Shown piece by piece: positions 47,952 through 57,607 of a DNA stretch of 64,000 bases (position 1 is its first letter; every line of letters starts with the position of its first letter). Made by a program: the position numbers and the translations under genes. The notes under the pieces were generated by a model that was given only the letters and a program-made list of their open reading frames with translations, did not search any database and was not told the origin of the DNA. The DNA comes from Bacteroidota bacterium (GTDB lineage: Bacteria > Bacteroidota > Bacteroidia > Bacteroidales > VadinHA17): assembly GCA_030618105.1 (NCBI GenBank), contig JAUXED010000002.1:15-64014 (forward strand), written 5' to 3'.

Positions 47952-49259
47952 ATGTCTGATTTAAAGAAAAAATTACATGAAAAGATTGAAAATTGGCGTC
48001 CCCGCACCACAAAATTGATTAAAGAACATGGTGATGTGGTTGTTGGTGATGTTACAATTGCTAAACTAATTGGTGGTATGCGCGGCATAAAATGCCTGGT
48101 AACGGATATCTCTTACCTTGATCCATTCGAAGGAATTAGATTCCGGGGTTACACGATACCTGAAGTGCTTGAAAAATTACCCAAACCAAAAGATGGTTCA
48201 GAAATACCTTTTGTTGAGGGATTTGTTTATCTGCTTTTAACAGGTGATCTGCCAACCGAAAACGAAGTTAATGAAATTGCAGAAGAATTTAAACATAGAA
48301 GAGTAGTGCCGAAGTATGTTTTTGATGTCATTAATGCGCTTCCTGACGATACTCACCCTATGGTGATGTTTTCTGCAGCTGTACTTTCGATGGAAAAGGA
48401 ATCTGAATTTGTTAAAGGTTATCAGAAAGGGATAAGCAAAATGGATTATTGGGATCCAACATATGAAGATGCCATGAATCTGCTTGCAAAATTGCCTGAG
48501 ATAGGGGCTTATATCTACCGGGCAAAATATAAAAATGGAGATATCATACCTCCAAATCCTGATCTGGATTTCGGGGCAAATTTTGCACATATGATGGGAA
48601 TTGATAAACCCTATGATGATATGTCAAGATTATATTTTATTCTGCATAGTGACCATGAGAGTGGAAATGTAAGTGCTCATACAGGACACCTTGTTTCCAG
48701 TGCCCTGTCAGATATTTATTACGCAATCTCTGCAATGGTCAATGGTCTTGCTGGTCCTTTACACGGTCTGGCAAACCAGGAAGTGCTTCGCTGGATACAG
48801 GGAGTTATGGAAAAAATGGGTGGTAAAACACCAACTGAAGAGGAGATGAAAAAATTTGTTTGGGATACATTAAACTCAGGACAGGTAATCCCGGGCTATG
48901 GTCATGCTGTGTTAAGAAAAACAGATCCCAGGTATAAAGCACAACGGGATTTTTGCTTGAAGCATTTGCCTGATGACCCGATCTTTAAATATGTAGACTC
49001 GTTGTATCAGGTTGTGCCTGATATTCTAAGAGAACATGGAAAAGCTAAAAATCCCTGGCCAAATGTTGATGCTCAGTCAGGAGTTATCCAATGGTACTAT
49101 GGAATTCGTGAGTATGATTTCTATACTGTACTTTTTAGTATCGGTCGTGCTATTGGTGTAGTATCCAATATTATTTGGGACCGTGCTCTTGGATACCCTA
49201 TTGAAAGACCTAAATCACTTTCAACAAAAATGGTTGAAGATATTGCATTTAAAAAATAA
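47952..49259 (+). CDS. gltA: Citrate synthase
   Basis: Full-length citrate synthase similarity, including the GYGHAVLR active-site region. Confidence 0.95.
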   Translation: MSDLKKKLHEKIENWRPRTTKLIKEHGDVVVGDVTIAKLIGGMRGIKCLVTDISYLDPFEGIRFRGYTIPEVLEKLPKPKDGSEIPFVEGFVYLLLTGDLPTENEVNEIAEEFKHRRVVPKYVFDVINALPDDTHPMVMFSAAVLSMEKESEFVKGYQKGISKMDYWDPTYEDAMNLLAKLPEIGAYIYRAKYKNGDIIPPNPDLDFGANFAHMMGIDKPYDDMSRLYFILHSDHESGNVSAHTGHLVSSALSDIYYAISAMVNGLAGPLHGLANQEVLRWIQGVMEKMGGKTPTEEEMKKFVWDTLNSGQVIPGYGHAVLRKTDPRYKAQRDFCLKHLPDDPIFKYVDSLYQVVPDILREHGKAKNPWPNVDAQSGVIQWYYGIREYDFYTVLFSIGRAIGVVSNIIWDRALGYPIERPKSLSTKMVEDIAFKK

Positions 49260-49287
49260 GTTTTTAGATATCTTATTATCGCGTGCG

Positions 49288-49317
49288 AAAAAGGCATTCT
49301 TGAGAATGCCTTTTTTT
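49288..49317 (+). terminator. Rho-independent terminator after gltA
   Basis: GGCATTC (49293-49299) pairs with GAATGCC (49304-49310) around a TTGA loop. Flanked by an A-run and seven T (49311-49317). Confidence 0.8.
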
Positions 49318-49361
49318 GTATCTTGTAGTTTGATTTTTGGATATAAATTGCATCTGATACC

Positions 49362-51248
49362 ATGAAGCATTTTATTAACATACTTGAAGAAAACAATGAA
49401 CTTGTTCGTATTAAAGAATATGTTAATCCGGAACTCGAAATAACTGAAATAACCGACAGGGTTTCCAAATCTAATGGAGGAGGAAAAGCTTTGTTGTTTG
49501 AAAACACTGGAACAACATTCCCCGTTCTGATCAATGCTATGGGATCATATAATCGGGTTTGTTTAGCTCTTGGTACAAATGACCTTGATAGAATCGGAGA
49601 AGAAATTGAAACAATTTTCCGGCAATTAACCAAACCCCGGGAAAGTATGTGGGGGAAAATTAAGCTTCTGCCACTGTTGAAAGCACTGGGATCCTGGATG
49701 CCTAAATTAATTTCCGGTAAGGGAAGATGCCAGGAGGTAATTCATAAACCCCCGGATCTTAGCATACTTCCTGTACTAAAATGCTGGCCCGAAGATGGTG
49801 GCCGGTTTATTACACTTCCTATGGTTATTACCCGCGATCCTCAAAATAATACCAGGAATGTGGGAATGTACAGAATGCAGCTTTTCGACAAAACTACTAC
49901 CGGTATGCATTGGCACCCCCATAAAACAGGCGCACGCCATTATGATCAGTACAAAGCAATTGGAAAAAAAATGCCTGTTGCCGTTGCCCTGGGAGGTGAT
50001 CCTGTACTTGCCTATAGTGCAACTGCCCCCCTGCCTGACAATATTGATGAATATATGCTGGCTGGATTCATTAGAAAAAGGAAAGTGAATATGGTAAAAT
50101 GCATTACCAATGATCTTGAAGTTCCGGCTGAAGCAGATATTATTATTGAAGGATATATAGATCCGGAAGAGGAATTAGCATGGGAAGGACCATTTGGCGA
50201 TCATACAGGTTTTTATTCTTTACCGGACTGGTTCCCGAAATTTCATGTTACATGTATTACACATAAAAAAAATGCAGTATATCCTGCAACAATTGTAGGT
50301 ATACCCCCACAGGAAGATGCCTGGATCATCAAGGCTACTGAACGGATATTCCTGACACCTATGAAATTAACCATGATCCCCGAAATTCTGGATATGGAGA
50401 TGCCTCCGGAGGGAATTGCACATAACCTGACTATTATTAAGATAAATAAAACATTCCAGGGTCAGGCACAAAAAGTAATGAATACAATCTGGGGGGCAGG
50501 CCAGATGATGTTTACAAAAATAATGGTAATTACAGGTAAGGAAATTGATATTCACAATTATCAGAAACTTGCTAAATATATATTTGATAATGTTAAATTA
50601 TCCAGAGACTTTCACTTTAGTAAAGGACCTCTTGATATTCTTGACCACTCGTCTGCCCAATTGGCATATGGTAGTAAATTGTGTATTGATGCTACAAATA
50701 CTTCTACCGGAACAACAGTAAAACAGGCTCTGTTTAGCAAAATTGAAATTGATAAAATACTAAAATTTACCGAACAGGAACCCCAAATATCAGGAGTAAA
50801 TGTTTCGCTTTTAAAGAAAAAAATCCCTGTCATATTTATATCAATCATAAAAAAGGAAAAGGAACAATTTTATGAAACAGGAAAGAACCTTTTGAAAAAA
50901 ATTTCTGTTTCCGGGATAAAAATTCTTATCATAGTTGATTATGGTCTGGATATGAATGAAGTTTCAATGCTTGTATGGGTTACTCTTGGAAACATTGAAC
51001 CGGAACGAGATATCCGGTCAATTAAACTTGAAACTGAAACACCCTGTTTTATAGTTGATGCAACCAGAAAGTCTAAACTTAATCAGTTTAAGAGAGATTG
51101 GCCAAATATAATTGTTTCTGATGATACAACGATAAAAGATATTGATGAAAAATGGAATGCTCTGGAATTGGGTGATTTTATTCATTCTCCTTCAAAAAAA
51201 TTCAAACAAATGATTTTTTCCAAAGGTGCAAGCGTGAAAGAAAAATAG
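49362..51248 (+). CDS. UbiD-family (prenyl-FMN dependent) decarboxylase, probably in quinone biosynthesis
   Basis: UbiD motifs EGPFGDHTGFYS, later VWVTLGNIEPERD and IVDATRK. About 130 aa longer than typical UbiD because of an internal insertion. Confidence 0.8.
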   Translation: MKHFINILEENNELVRIKEYVNPELEITEITDRVSKSNGGGKALLFENTGTTFPVLINAMGSYNRVCLALGTNDLDRIGEEIETIFRQLTKPRESMWGKIKLLPLLKALGSWMPKLISGKGRCQEVIHKPPDLSILPVLKCWPEDGGRFITLPMVITRDPQNNTRNVGMYRMQLFDKTTTGMHWHPHKTGARHYDQYKAIGKKMPVAVALGGDPVLAYSATAPLPDNIDEYMLAGFIRKRKVNMVKCITNDLEVPAEADIIIEGYIDPEEELAWEGPFGDHTGFYSLPDWFPKFHVTCITHKKNAVYPATIVGIPPQEDAWIIKATERIFLTPMKLTMIPEILDMEMPPEGIAHNLTIIKINKTFQGQAQKVMNTIWGAGQMMFTKIMVITGKEIDIHNYQKLAKYIFDNVKLSRDFHFSKGPLDILDHSSAQLAYGSKLCIDATNTSTGTTVKQALFSKIEIDKILKFTEQEPQISGVNVSLLKKKIPVIFISIIKKEKEQFYETGKNLLKKISVSGIKILIIVDYGLDMNEVSMLVWVTLGNIEPERDIRSIKLETETPCFIVDATRKSKLNQFKRDWPNIIVSDDTTIKDIDEKWNALELGDFIHSPSKKFKQMIFSKGASVKEK

Positions 51249-51344
51249 TATTGAAGTTGCTTTTATAAAACCGGGTTAGCTACAGTTAAATGAATTAGGT
51301 AGAAAAAAATTGACAGGTTAACAAATATACTATACCTTAGAAGT

Positions 51345-52589
51345 ATGCCAAGATTCTGGATATTGAACATAGGGTTTGTTTTATTGTCACTAGGTGTTGC
51401 TAATTCCAATCCGGCACCTTCAAGTGATATTGATAATCTGAATGTAAGGTTATATGCACAGGAAGATGGACTTTTTCAATTACAACCAACGGGTATCTAT
51501 CAGAGTGCCAGGAAGTTTTTGTGGATTGGAATACGAAATGGTCTGAATAGGTTTGATGAATATAGCCTTGAAATTTTCTGGCATAATCAGCAAGACAGCT
51601 CGTCCAAATTATTAAATTACACTAATAGAATGGAGGTAAAAACACCTGTTTTGCAAACCCGTATTGCATATTTTATTTACGGAATTATCATTATTTTCCT
51701 GGTTTATTTTCTTGTTCAATATCGAACAAAGAGCCTGCGCAGAGCCAATCAGATATTAATTGAAAAAGATATAGCTTCAAGAGAAGTAGAAAAACAAAGA
51801 CGGGAATTGGCTATAAAGAATAAAAACATCACATCCAGTATTCAATATGCAAAAAAAATACAGGAAGCTCTTTTACCTTCAGACATTATGTTCAAAAAGC
51901 TTCTTCCTGATTCATTTATATTATTTAAACCTAAAGATATTGTAAGTGGTGATTTTTACTGGATTACTGAAAGGAATAATAAGGTTTTTGTGTCTGCTGT
52001 GGATTGTACCGGACATGGCGTGCCGGGTGCATTTATGTCGTTGATAGGATTTAAGATACTGGAAAACATTATTAAAGTTCAGAGTATTGAAAAACCATCT
52101 GAAATATTGAACATTCTTAGTATAGGAATTGAAAACACTTTTCACAGAGATAAGGAAGACTATTTGTTAAAGGATGGGATGGATCTTGCGTTTTGTGCTT
52201 TTGACCGTAATAAAAAACAACTTGAATACGCAGGAGCTTTCAATCCTTTGTATTTGATCAGGGATAACAAACTAATCGAAACCAGAGCCGATCGCTTTTC
52301 TATTGGATTAAAACACGAATTGAATACACAAAAAGAGTATACTAATCATTCTGTTTCTATCAAAAAGGGTGATATGATATATTTGTTTTCAGATGGATAT
52401 CCTGATCAGTTTGGTGGTCCAAACGGAAAAAAATTTATGTACAGACGTTTCCGGCATATGCTACTCACTATCCATAAATTACCATTACAGGAACAAAAAG
52501 ATTTTCTTGAAAAAAGTATCGAAACCTGGAAAGGGGATAAGTACGATCAGGTTGATGATATTCTTGTGATTGGGATCAGACCTGTTTAA
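51345..52589 (+). CDS. Membrane-anchored PP2C/SpoIIE-family phosphatase with a vestigial propeller-type sensor segment
   Basis: C-terminal SpoIIE/PP2C motifs (SGDFYW, DCTGHGVPGAFMS, SDGYPDQFGG). One TM helix (IAYFIYGIIIIFLVYFLV). A short N-terminal segment resembles a single two-component-regulator propeller repeat. Confidence 0.8.
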   Translation: MPRFWILNIGFVLLSLGVANSNPAPSSDIDNLNVRLYAQEDGLFQLQPTGIYQSARKFLWIGIRNGLNRFDEYSLEIFWHNQQDSSSKLLNYTNRMEVKTPVLQTRIAYFIYGIIIIFLVYFLVQYRTKSLRRANQILIEKDIASREVEKQRRELAIKNKNITSSIQYAKKIQEALLPSDIMFKKLLPDSFILFKPKDIVSGDFYWITERNNKVFVSAVDCTGHGVPGAFMSLIGFKILENIIKVQSIEKPSEILNILSIGIENTFHRDKEDYLLKDGMDLAFCAFDRNKKQLEYAGAFNPLYLIRDNKLIETRADRFSIGLKHELNTQKEYTNHSVSIKKGDMIYLFSDGYPDQFGGPNGKKFMYRRFRHMLLTIHKLPLQEQKDFLEKSIETWKGDKYDQVDDILVIGIRPV

Positions 52590-52591
52590 TG

Positions 52592-54265
52592 TCAAAATAA
52601 AAGATTATTCATTTTGCTAATAAGGTCTTCCATTTGGTAAGGTTTGCTTAAATAGTCGTCAATACCGGCTGAAAGACATGTCTCTTTATCGCCAAGCATT
52701 GCGTTTGCAGTAATTGCTATTATAGGAGTATGCGTGTTGATGCTTTTCTCAATTTCACGGATTTTTTTTGTTGCTGTAATTCCATTCATAACTGGCATTT
52801 GAATATCCATCAGAATGAGATCATATCGGTTGTGTCCAAACATGTCGAGAGCTGTTTTTCCATTCTCTGCAACATCAACATTTTTTACCAGTTTAATCAG
52901 GCTTAGTTTCATTATTTGCTGGTTTATTTCATTATCCTCAACTATCAGAATATTTGAATTATTCAGGCTGACTTTTTCTTTTCTTATAGCAGCAGCTTTT
53001 TTATAAACTACCTTTTCAAATTCAAGTGAGAATATGAAACGGGATTTTTCTTTTAATTTTTTATATTCCAATTTCCTTCCAAGTGTTCTAAGTAGTTTCT
53101 CAGAAATTGAGAGATCAAGTAGTTGTTCGTTCTGTTTATCATCAGGCAATTCATTATCAGTGATATCTTTGTGTGTGATTATCCGGTTTGTTTCAATAGT
53201 GAAAACCAATTCAATATTATCCGATGTCTCTTTTTGATTTGTAACGGAAATAGTTATTTGTGGCTTCTTGTCTGCCTTAAAAGGTATTATGTTTTCAAGA
53301 ATATTTAATAAAAGTTGTTTTACCAGAACCGGATCACCAATTATTTCCCGATTAAAATTCTTAAAATCATTAACATGGAAAACGACATTCTTTCTTGTTT
53401 CAGATGGAAACGGATCTATTATATTTGAAAGGGTTGAAAAAAGATCAAATTTTATTTTTTCTCTCCCTTTATAACTAATAATAATACCCGGTAAGTGGGC
53501 AATGTTATTGACAACATCAACAAGGTTATTCGTAGAAGCGATAAGGGTGTCCAGTAATTCTGTCTGTTTGTTTGTCGGGTTCAGGTTCCTTATCATTCTC
53601 TCAAGTGTAACAATATTATTGAGAGAAGTTCGTAGTTGATGTGATTTTTTCGAGATGAAATTGTCTTTGGCGATGTTTGCTTCTATTGCCTCTTTCCTGG
53701 CTTTTTCAAGTTTATTTATATTCCAGGCGTGAATAATTTTGAAAAAATAACTGATAATGAAAATGAGAATAAAAACAAAAAGAAATATGAGTTTTGAGCG
53801 GAGTAAAATTATATGATTCAAAGAAGTGACAGGTGTAAACAGTAATAATAACAAAATTAACAGAGCTAACCCCGTTATTATACTTCCTGTTTTCTTTTTT
53901 AGGAATAAGATAGATACCGGTGGGAGAAGAGTAAATAGAAAAAGTATGTATTCTGCTTCGGTTATTACTAATAAAGCTGTTAACCAGATAGTAAGAAAAG
54001 TAGTTAATAATGTAGAAATAAGCTCAAATTTATATGTCCGGAGATACCATAATAAATGCCCAAGAACGACTAAAACTGTACCAAAATTAAGAAATACAAG
54101 GATCATATTCCCTTCGAACAAATTAATTGTTCCAAAAAAGAGAAGGACTAAAATAAATGCGTATGTGCCGGTTTTTAAAAGTAAATAATCGTCTTTATTA
54201 ACTGATGGTTTTTGTTTATCAATTCTCTTTGTAATACCCCTGTATGTAGAATTAAAAATTTCCAT
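52592..54265 (-). CDS. Hybrid sensor histidine kinase / receiver with a degenerate ATP-binding domain
   Basis: N-terminal polytopic membrane region. H-box SHQLRTSL (His209). A HATPase-like region lacks the G1 and G2 glycine boxes. The C-terminal receiver has Asp in LILMDIQMP. Confidence 0.85.
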   Translation of the reverse strand: MEIFNSTYRGITKRIDKQKPSVNKDDYLLLKTGTYAFILVLLFFGTINLFEGNMILVFLNFGTVLVVLGHLLWYLRTYKFELISTLLTTFLTIWLTALLVITEAEYILFLFTLLPPVSILFLKKKTGSIITGLALLILLLLLFTPVTSLNHIILLRSKLIFLFVFILIFIISYFFKIIHAWNINKLEKARKEAIEANIAKDNFISKKSHQLRTSLNNIVTLERMIRNLNPTNKQTELLDTLIASTNNLVDVVNNIAHLPGIIISYKGREKIKFDLFSTLSNIIDPFPSETRKNVVFHVNDFKNFNREIIGDPVLVKQLLLNILENIIPFKADKKPQITISVTNQKETSDNIELVFTIETNRIITHKDITDNELPDDKQNEQLLDLSISEKLLRTLGRKLEYKKLKEKSRFIFSLEFEKVVYKKAAAIRKEKVSLNNSNILIVEDNEINQQIMKLSLIKLVKNVDVAENGKTALDMFGHNRYDLILMDIQMPVMNGITATKKIREIEKSINTHTPIIAITANAMLGDKETCLSAGIDDYLSKPYQMEDLISKMNNLLF

Positions 54266-54379
54266 TATTCCTGGTTTGATTAGTTTATCATACCTTTAAT
54301 GGTAAAAATACTAAAAATACTAAAAAAACAATAAATACCATAATTGTAATAATTGATTTTATTACAAAATGAAAAATAC

Positions 54380-54387
54380 TAAATTTG
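54380..54387 (+). promoter_or_regulatory. Candidate -7 box TAAATTTG upstream of a long structured leader
   Basis: Matches TAnnTTTG about 250 nt upstream of the 54637 start. Overlaps the third copy of the AAAAATACTAAA repeat. Confidence 0.35.
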
Positions 54388-54475
54388 TTATTTGTGTTGT
54401 TAGAGAAGAAGAACAAAGTTTCACAATTTGATTAATTTGCCAGCTGGCGAATTGCGTAAATTTTCGAGGATCCCC

Positions 54476-54509
54476 GCCTGAATGAAAGAATTCATTCTTT
54501 CGGGCAGGC
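54476..54509 (+). other. Two-tier hairpin in the divergent spacer
   Basis: Outer stem GCCTG (54476-80) / CAGGC (54505-09). Inner stem GAAAGAA (54484-90) / TTCTTTC (54495-54501) with a TTCA loop. A 3x3 internal loop separates the two stems. Confidence 0.6.
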
Positions 54510-54618
54510 TCAGAAAAATATAAAATTGAAGATTTTTGTTTTTCCGGGACTGAAGATTGCCGACTTATAAATGCAAAGCATAATGAAATTTGACATTTTC
54601 AAGCAATAAACATTAAAA

Positions 54619-55323
54619 TTGCGATACAATTATAATATGTATAGGTTAGTGATTAATATGATTGGGATTATTCTGCTTATTTCAACTGTTCTTTACAGCC
54701 AGAATAGAGAAAATACAGCTGAATTTACACCTGATTTCAAATTTACTGAAGGTGTCTTTTTTGATTTTGATCAGGTACGTAATAATAATCCTATTCCTAA
54801 AGCCACAATACTTACAGCAGTTGATTTTAATGATAGCGAATTTTTTCAGGAAGTATTGGATAAAGATGTTATTAACTATTATGATAAATATGGAATGCGA
54901 AATGAGGTAAAGAAGGACAATATATGGGGCTATTCACGAAATGGAGTACTTTATATCCAATTTAAAGATGGTTTTCATCGTATTACAATTGTTGGAGGAA
55001 TATGTCATTTTGTGGCTTTTATTAAAACTTATGAAACACGATATTACGATCCGTATTTTTATCGTAGCTATTATTATGATCATTTTCACTATCCCTCACG
55101 GAGGTCCACTTATTCTAAAACAGAGCTTCGCCAGTATATGTTCGATTTTGAAAGTGGTAAGATAATGGATTACAATTATTCAAATGTTGGTCTGGCTCTT
55201 ATGCGTGATGCCGAACTTCATGATGAATATATGAAGCTTGGCAGAAGAAAAAGAAAACAACTGAAATTTATGTACATCAGGAAGTTTAATAGAAGAAACC
55301 CTGTCTATTTACCAGTTAATTAA
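54619..55323 (+). CDS. Hypothetical secreted or membrane-anchored protein, Tyr-rich
   Basis: TTG start in the ORF track; ATG 54637 (MYRLVINMIGIILLISTVLYSQ) is more likely. No recognisable domain. Contains the segment YYDPYFYRSYYYDHFHY. Confidence 0.5.
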   Translation: MRYNYNMYRLVINMIGIILLISTVLYSQNRENTAEFTPDFKFTEGVFFDFDQVRNNNPIPKATILTAVDFNDSEFFQEVLDKDVINYYDKYGMRNEVKKDNIWGYSRNGVLYIQFKDGFHRITIVGGICHFVAFIKTYETRYYDPYFYRSYYYDHFHYPSRRSTYSKTELRQYMFDFESGKIMDYNYSNVGLALMRDAELHDEYMKLGRRKRKQLKFMYIRKFNRRNPVYLPVN

Positions 55324-55329
55324 AACCCT

Positions 55330-56187
55330 ATGCTCATGAGAACAATGATATTAAGTATTTGCTTTGCATTAATAAGTCTTCATAATGCTTTTTCCCAGAT
55401 TACTTTTCCAACCCCCCGGGATGCAGGGAAATTAATGAATACAATAACCCTGGTGGTTCTTGAAGACAATATATTTTCTTCTTTTAATAGTAATATTAAA
55501 ACAGTGGTTAACGAATTTTGGGACATAACAGAATTCGAATTTGTATCAGCAAAAGAGTTTAATGAAAAAAGAAGGGATGAACAATACTCTTTCCTTGTTC
55601 CTATTCAAACCAGCTTTCAGAAAGACAAATCCAATACACAATGGGTTTTTCTGAATTTGTTACTTGGGGCTAAAACTAAAGCAATTGCAGGAATGCCTGA
55701 GTTTTGTTCAATACCTCTCTATGTAATTAGTGAAGAGGAAGAAGAATATGGTTATTATCTGCCCCTTATTATTCAGTTTATTCAGAAACGGGTAGCTGAG
55801 ATAAAAGAAAATCCAGATGTAGAATCACTTGAAAATCTTACATATTACAATAGAAATATTCCGATGTTGGAGAATAAAACAATTGTTGTGCAAGAGAATG
55901 ATCTTAGCCCGGAAATTAATACTATTGAAAAAATTGCTGAGTATTATCCCTATAAAGTTAATATTGTGTCTGGTGATGAAATTGAACAGGCTATAAAGGG
56001 AAAATACGAGAATATTGTTGTATTGCATAGTGTAGGACCGGGTACTTCAGAAGATATTGGTCGTTGCTACAAAATGCTTTTTGGTGCTGATGATTCACGA
56101 ATGTATTTTTATAACTACCATACAATTAATCCAAAAAGACCTGATGGTTTACTTTCAAGGGATTTAAAAAGGTTATGCAGGTTTTGA
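55330..56187 (+). CDS. Hypothetical secreted protein
   Basis: Signal-like N-terminus ([18 protein letters not shown]). No recognisable domain. Lies 6 nt after the previous ORF. Confidence 0.5.
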   Translation: MLMRTMILSICFALISLHNAFSQITFPTPRDAGKLMNTITLVVLEDNIFSSFNSNIKTVVNEFWDITEFEFVSAKEFNEKRRDEQYSFLVPIQTSFQKDKSNTQWVFLNLLLGAKTKAIAGMPEFCSIPLYVISEEEEEYGYYLPLIIQFIQKRVAEIKENPDVESLENLTYYNRNIPMLENKTIVVQENDLSPEINTIEKIAEYYPYKVNIVSGDEIEQAIKGKYENIVVLHSVGPGTSEDIGRCYKMLFGADDSRMYFYNYHTINPKRPDGLLSRDLKRLCRF

Positions 56188-56204
56188 TAGAGTGATTCTT
56201 TTTT

Positions 56205-56212
56205 ATCTTTGT
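56205..56212 (+). promoter_or_regulatory. Candidate -7 box TATCTTTG for hisS
   Basis: Matches TAnnTTTG 28 nt upstream of ATG 56240. Confidence 0.5.
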
Positions 56213-56239
56213 ATACTTTTTAAAAAAACAAACCGCCTG

Positions 56240-57607
56240 ATGGCAAAAAATGAAGCTTCAATACCAAAAGGAACCCGTGACTTTTTACCCGGGGAGATGG
56301 TTAAAAGAAACTATATTTTTAAAACTATCCGTACCGTTTTCGAGCGTTTCGGATACCTCCCGATTGAAACTCCTGCTATGGAGCAGGCATCTACCCTCAC
56401 AGGTAAATACGGAGAGGAAGGAGACCGGTTGCTTTTCAGGATATTGAATTCGGGGAATTATCTTGCAGGTGTTTCAGATGATGAAATTCTTGAAAGGAAT
56501 GTAAATAAACTAAAAACCTCTTTGTCTGATAAAGGTCTTAGATACGACCTGACAGTTCCGTTTGCGAGATTTGTTGTTCAGCATCTGAACGAAATCACAT
56601 TTCCATTTAAACGATATCAGATACAACCTGTTTGGAGAGCTGACAAACCACAGAAAGGACGCTATAGAGAATTTTTTCAATGTGATGTTGATGTGATTGG
56701 CAGTAATTCTCTCTTAAATGAGGTTGAACAGATCCAGATTATTGACGAGATATTTAAAAATTTGGGCATAAGAATAATGATCAGGATAAATGACAGGAGA
56801 ATTCTTTTTGGAATTGCTGAAGTGATTGGTGAGGCAGATAAAATTATACCAATAACTATTGCAATTGATAAACATGATAAAATTGGACCTCATAAAGTGA
56901 ATGAAGAGATGGCGGTGAAAGGTATTTCAGAAAAAGCTATCCGTGAATTACAGCCCATACTTGGTCTTACTGGTTCTGTTGAGGAAAAACTTAATGAATT
57001 AGAAAATAAAATCCTTTTATGCTCCAGAATTGGCAGAAAAGGTGTGGATGAGATGAAAAGATTGTTTGGCTATCTTAAAACCCTTAACCTCGAAGTTGAT
57101 CCAATTTTTGACTTAACCCTTGCAAGGGGATTGGACTATTATACCGGAACAATTATTGAAGCAAACTCAATTGAAATGAAGATTGGTAGCTTGTGTGGTG
57201 GGGGAAGATATGATGACCTGACAGGAATTTTTGGACTGAATGATGTATCAGGTGTTGGTGTAAGTTTTGGAGCCGATCGTATTTATGATGTGATGGAGAA
57301 AAAAGACAAATTCCCTGAAGATACTACCTCTACAACAACCATTATGTTTGTGAATTTTGGAGAAAAGGAAGAGATACACTGTCTTTCACTATTAGCTGAG
57401 ATACGCAAATCAGGAATTAAAGCTGAATTATTTCCCGATAAAGTAAGATTAAAAAAGCAAATGAATTATGCCAACCAGAAAAACGTAGAATATGTTGGTT
57501 TAGTTGGGGAAAATGAAATGAAAAACGGGTTAATTACTCTGAAAAACATGAAAACAGGGGATCAGGAGCTAATTATACTTGAAGAGCTAATTGAAAAACT
57601 ATCATAA
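56240..57607 (+). CDS. hisS: Histidine--tRNA ligase
   Basis: Class II motifs ([30 protein letters not shown]). Start moved to ATG 56240 ([15 protein letters not shown]) because a TATCTTTG box at 56205-56212 lies inside the longer ORF. Confidence 0.95.
   Translation: MAKNEASIPKGTRDFLPGEMVKRNYIFKTIRTVFERFGYLPIETPAMEQASTLTGKYGEEGDRLLFRILNSGNYLAGVSDDEILERNVNKLKTSLSDKGLRYDLTVPFARFVVQHLNEITFPFKRYQIQPVWRADKPQKGRYREFFQCDVDVIGSNSLLNEVEQIQIIDEIFKNLGIRIMIRINDRRILFGIAEVIGEADKIIPITIAIDKHDKIGPHKVNEEMAVKGISEKAIRELQPILGLTGSVEEKLNELENKILLCSRIGRKGVDEMKRLFGYLKTLNLEVDPIFDLTLARGLDYYTGTIIEANSIEMKIGSLCGGGRYDDLTGIFGLNDVSGVGVSFGADRIYDVMEKKDKFPEDTTSTTTIMFVNFGEKEEIHCLSLLAEIRKSGIKAELFPDKVRLKKQMNYANQKNVEYVGLVGENEMKNGLITLKNMKTGDQELIILEELIEKLS

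Noticed and set aside
49121-49633. A 170-aa minus-strand ORF spanning the gltA 3' end, the gltA terminator and the UbiD-family gene 5' end.
   Set aside because: It overlaps two well-supported plus-strand genes and runs straight through a canonical plus-strand terminator hairpin. It has no family resemblance.
49362-51248. The unusually long (628 aa) UbiD-family protein as a possible fusion with a novel C-terminal domain.
   Set aside because: The conserved C-terminal UbiD segments (VWVTLGNIEPERD, IVDATRK) lie near the end of the ORF. The extra length is therefore an internal insertion, not a fused domain. I cannot judge its novelty without alignment.
54466-54496. GGATCC (BamHI) and GAATTC (EcoRI) sites within 25 bp (GAGGATCCCCGCCTGAATGAAAGAATTC), reminiscent of a cloning-vector polylinker.
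   Set aside because: The intervening and flanking sequence does not match the pBluescript/pUC polylinker order as I remember it. The GAATTC is simply the centre of the local hairpin. The region is continuous with native-looking AT-rich sequence.
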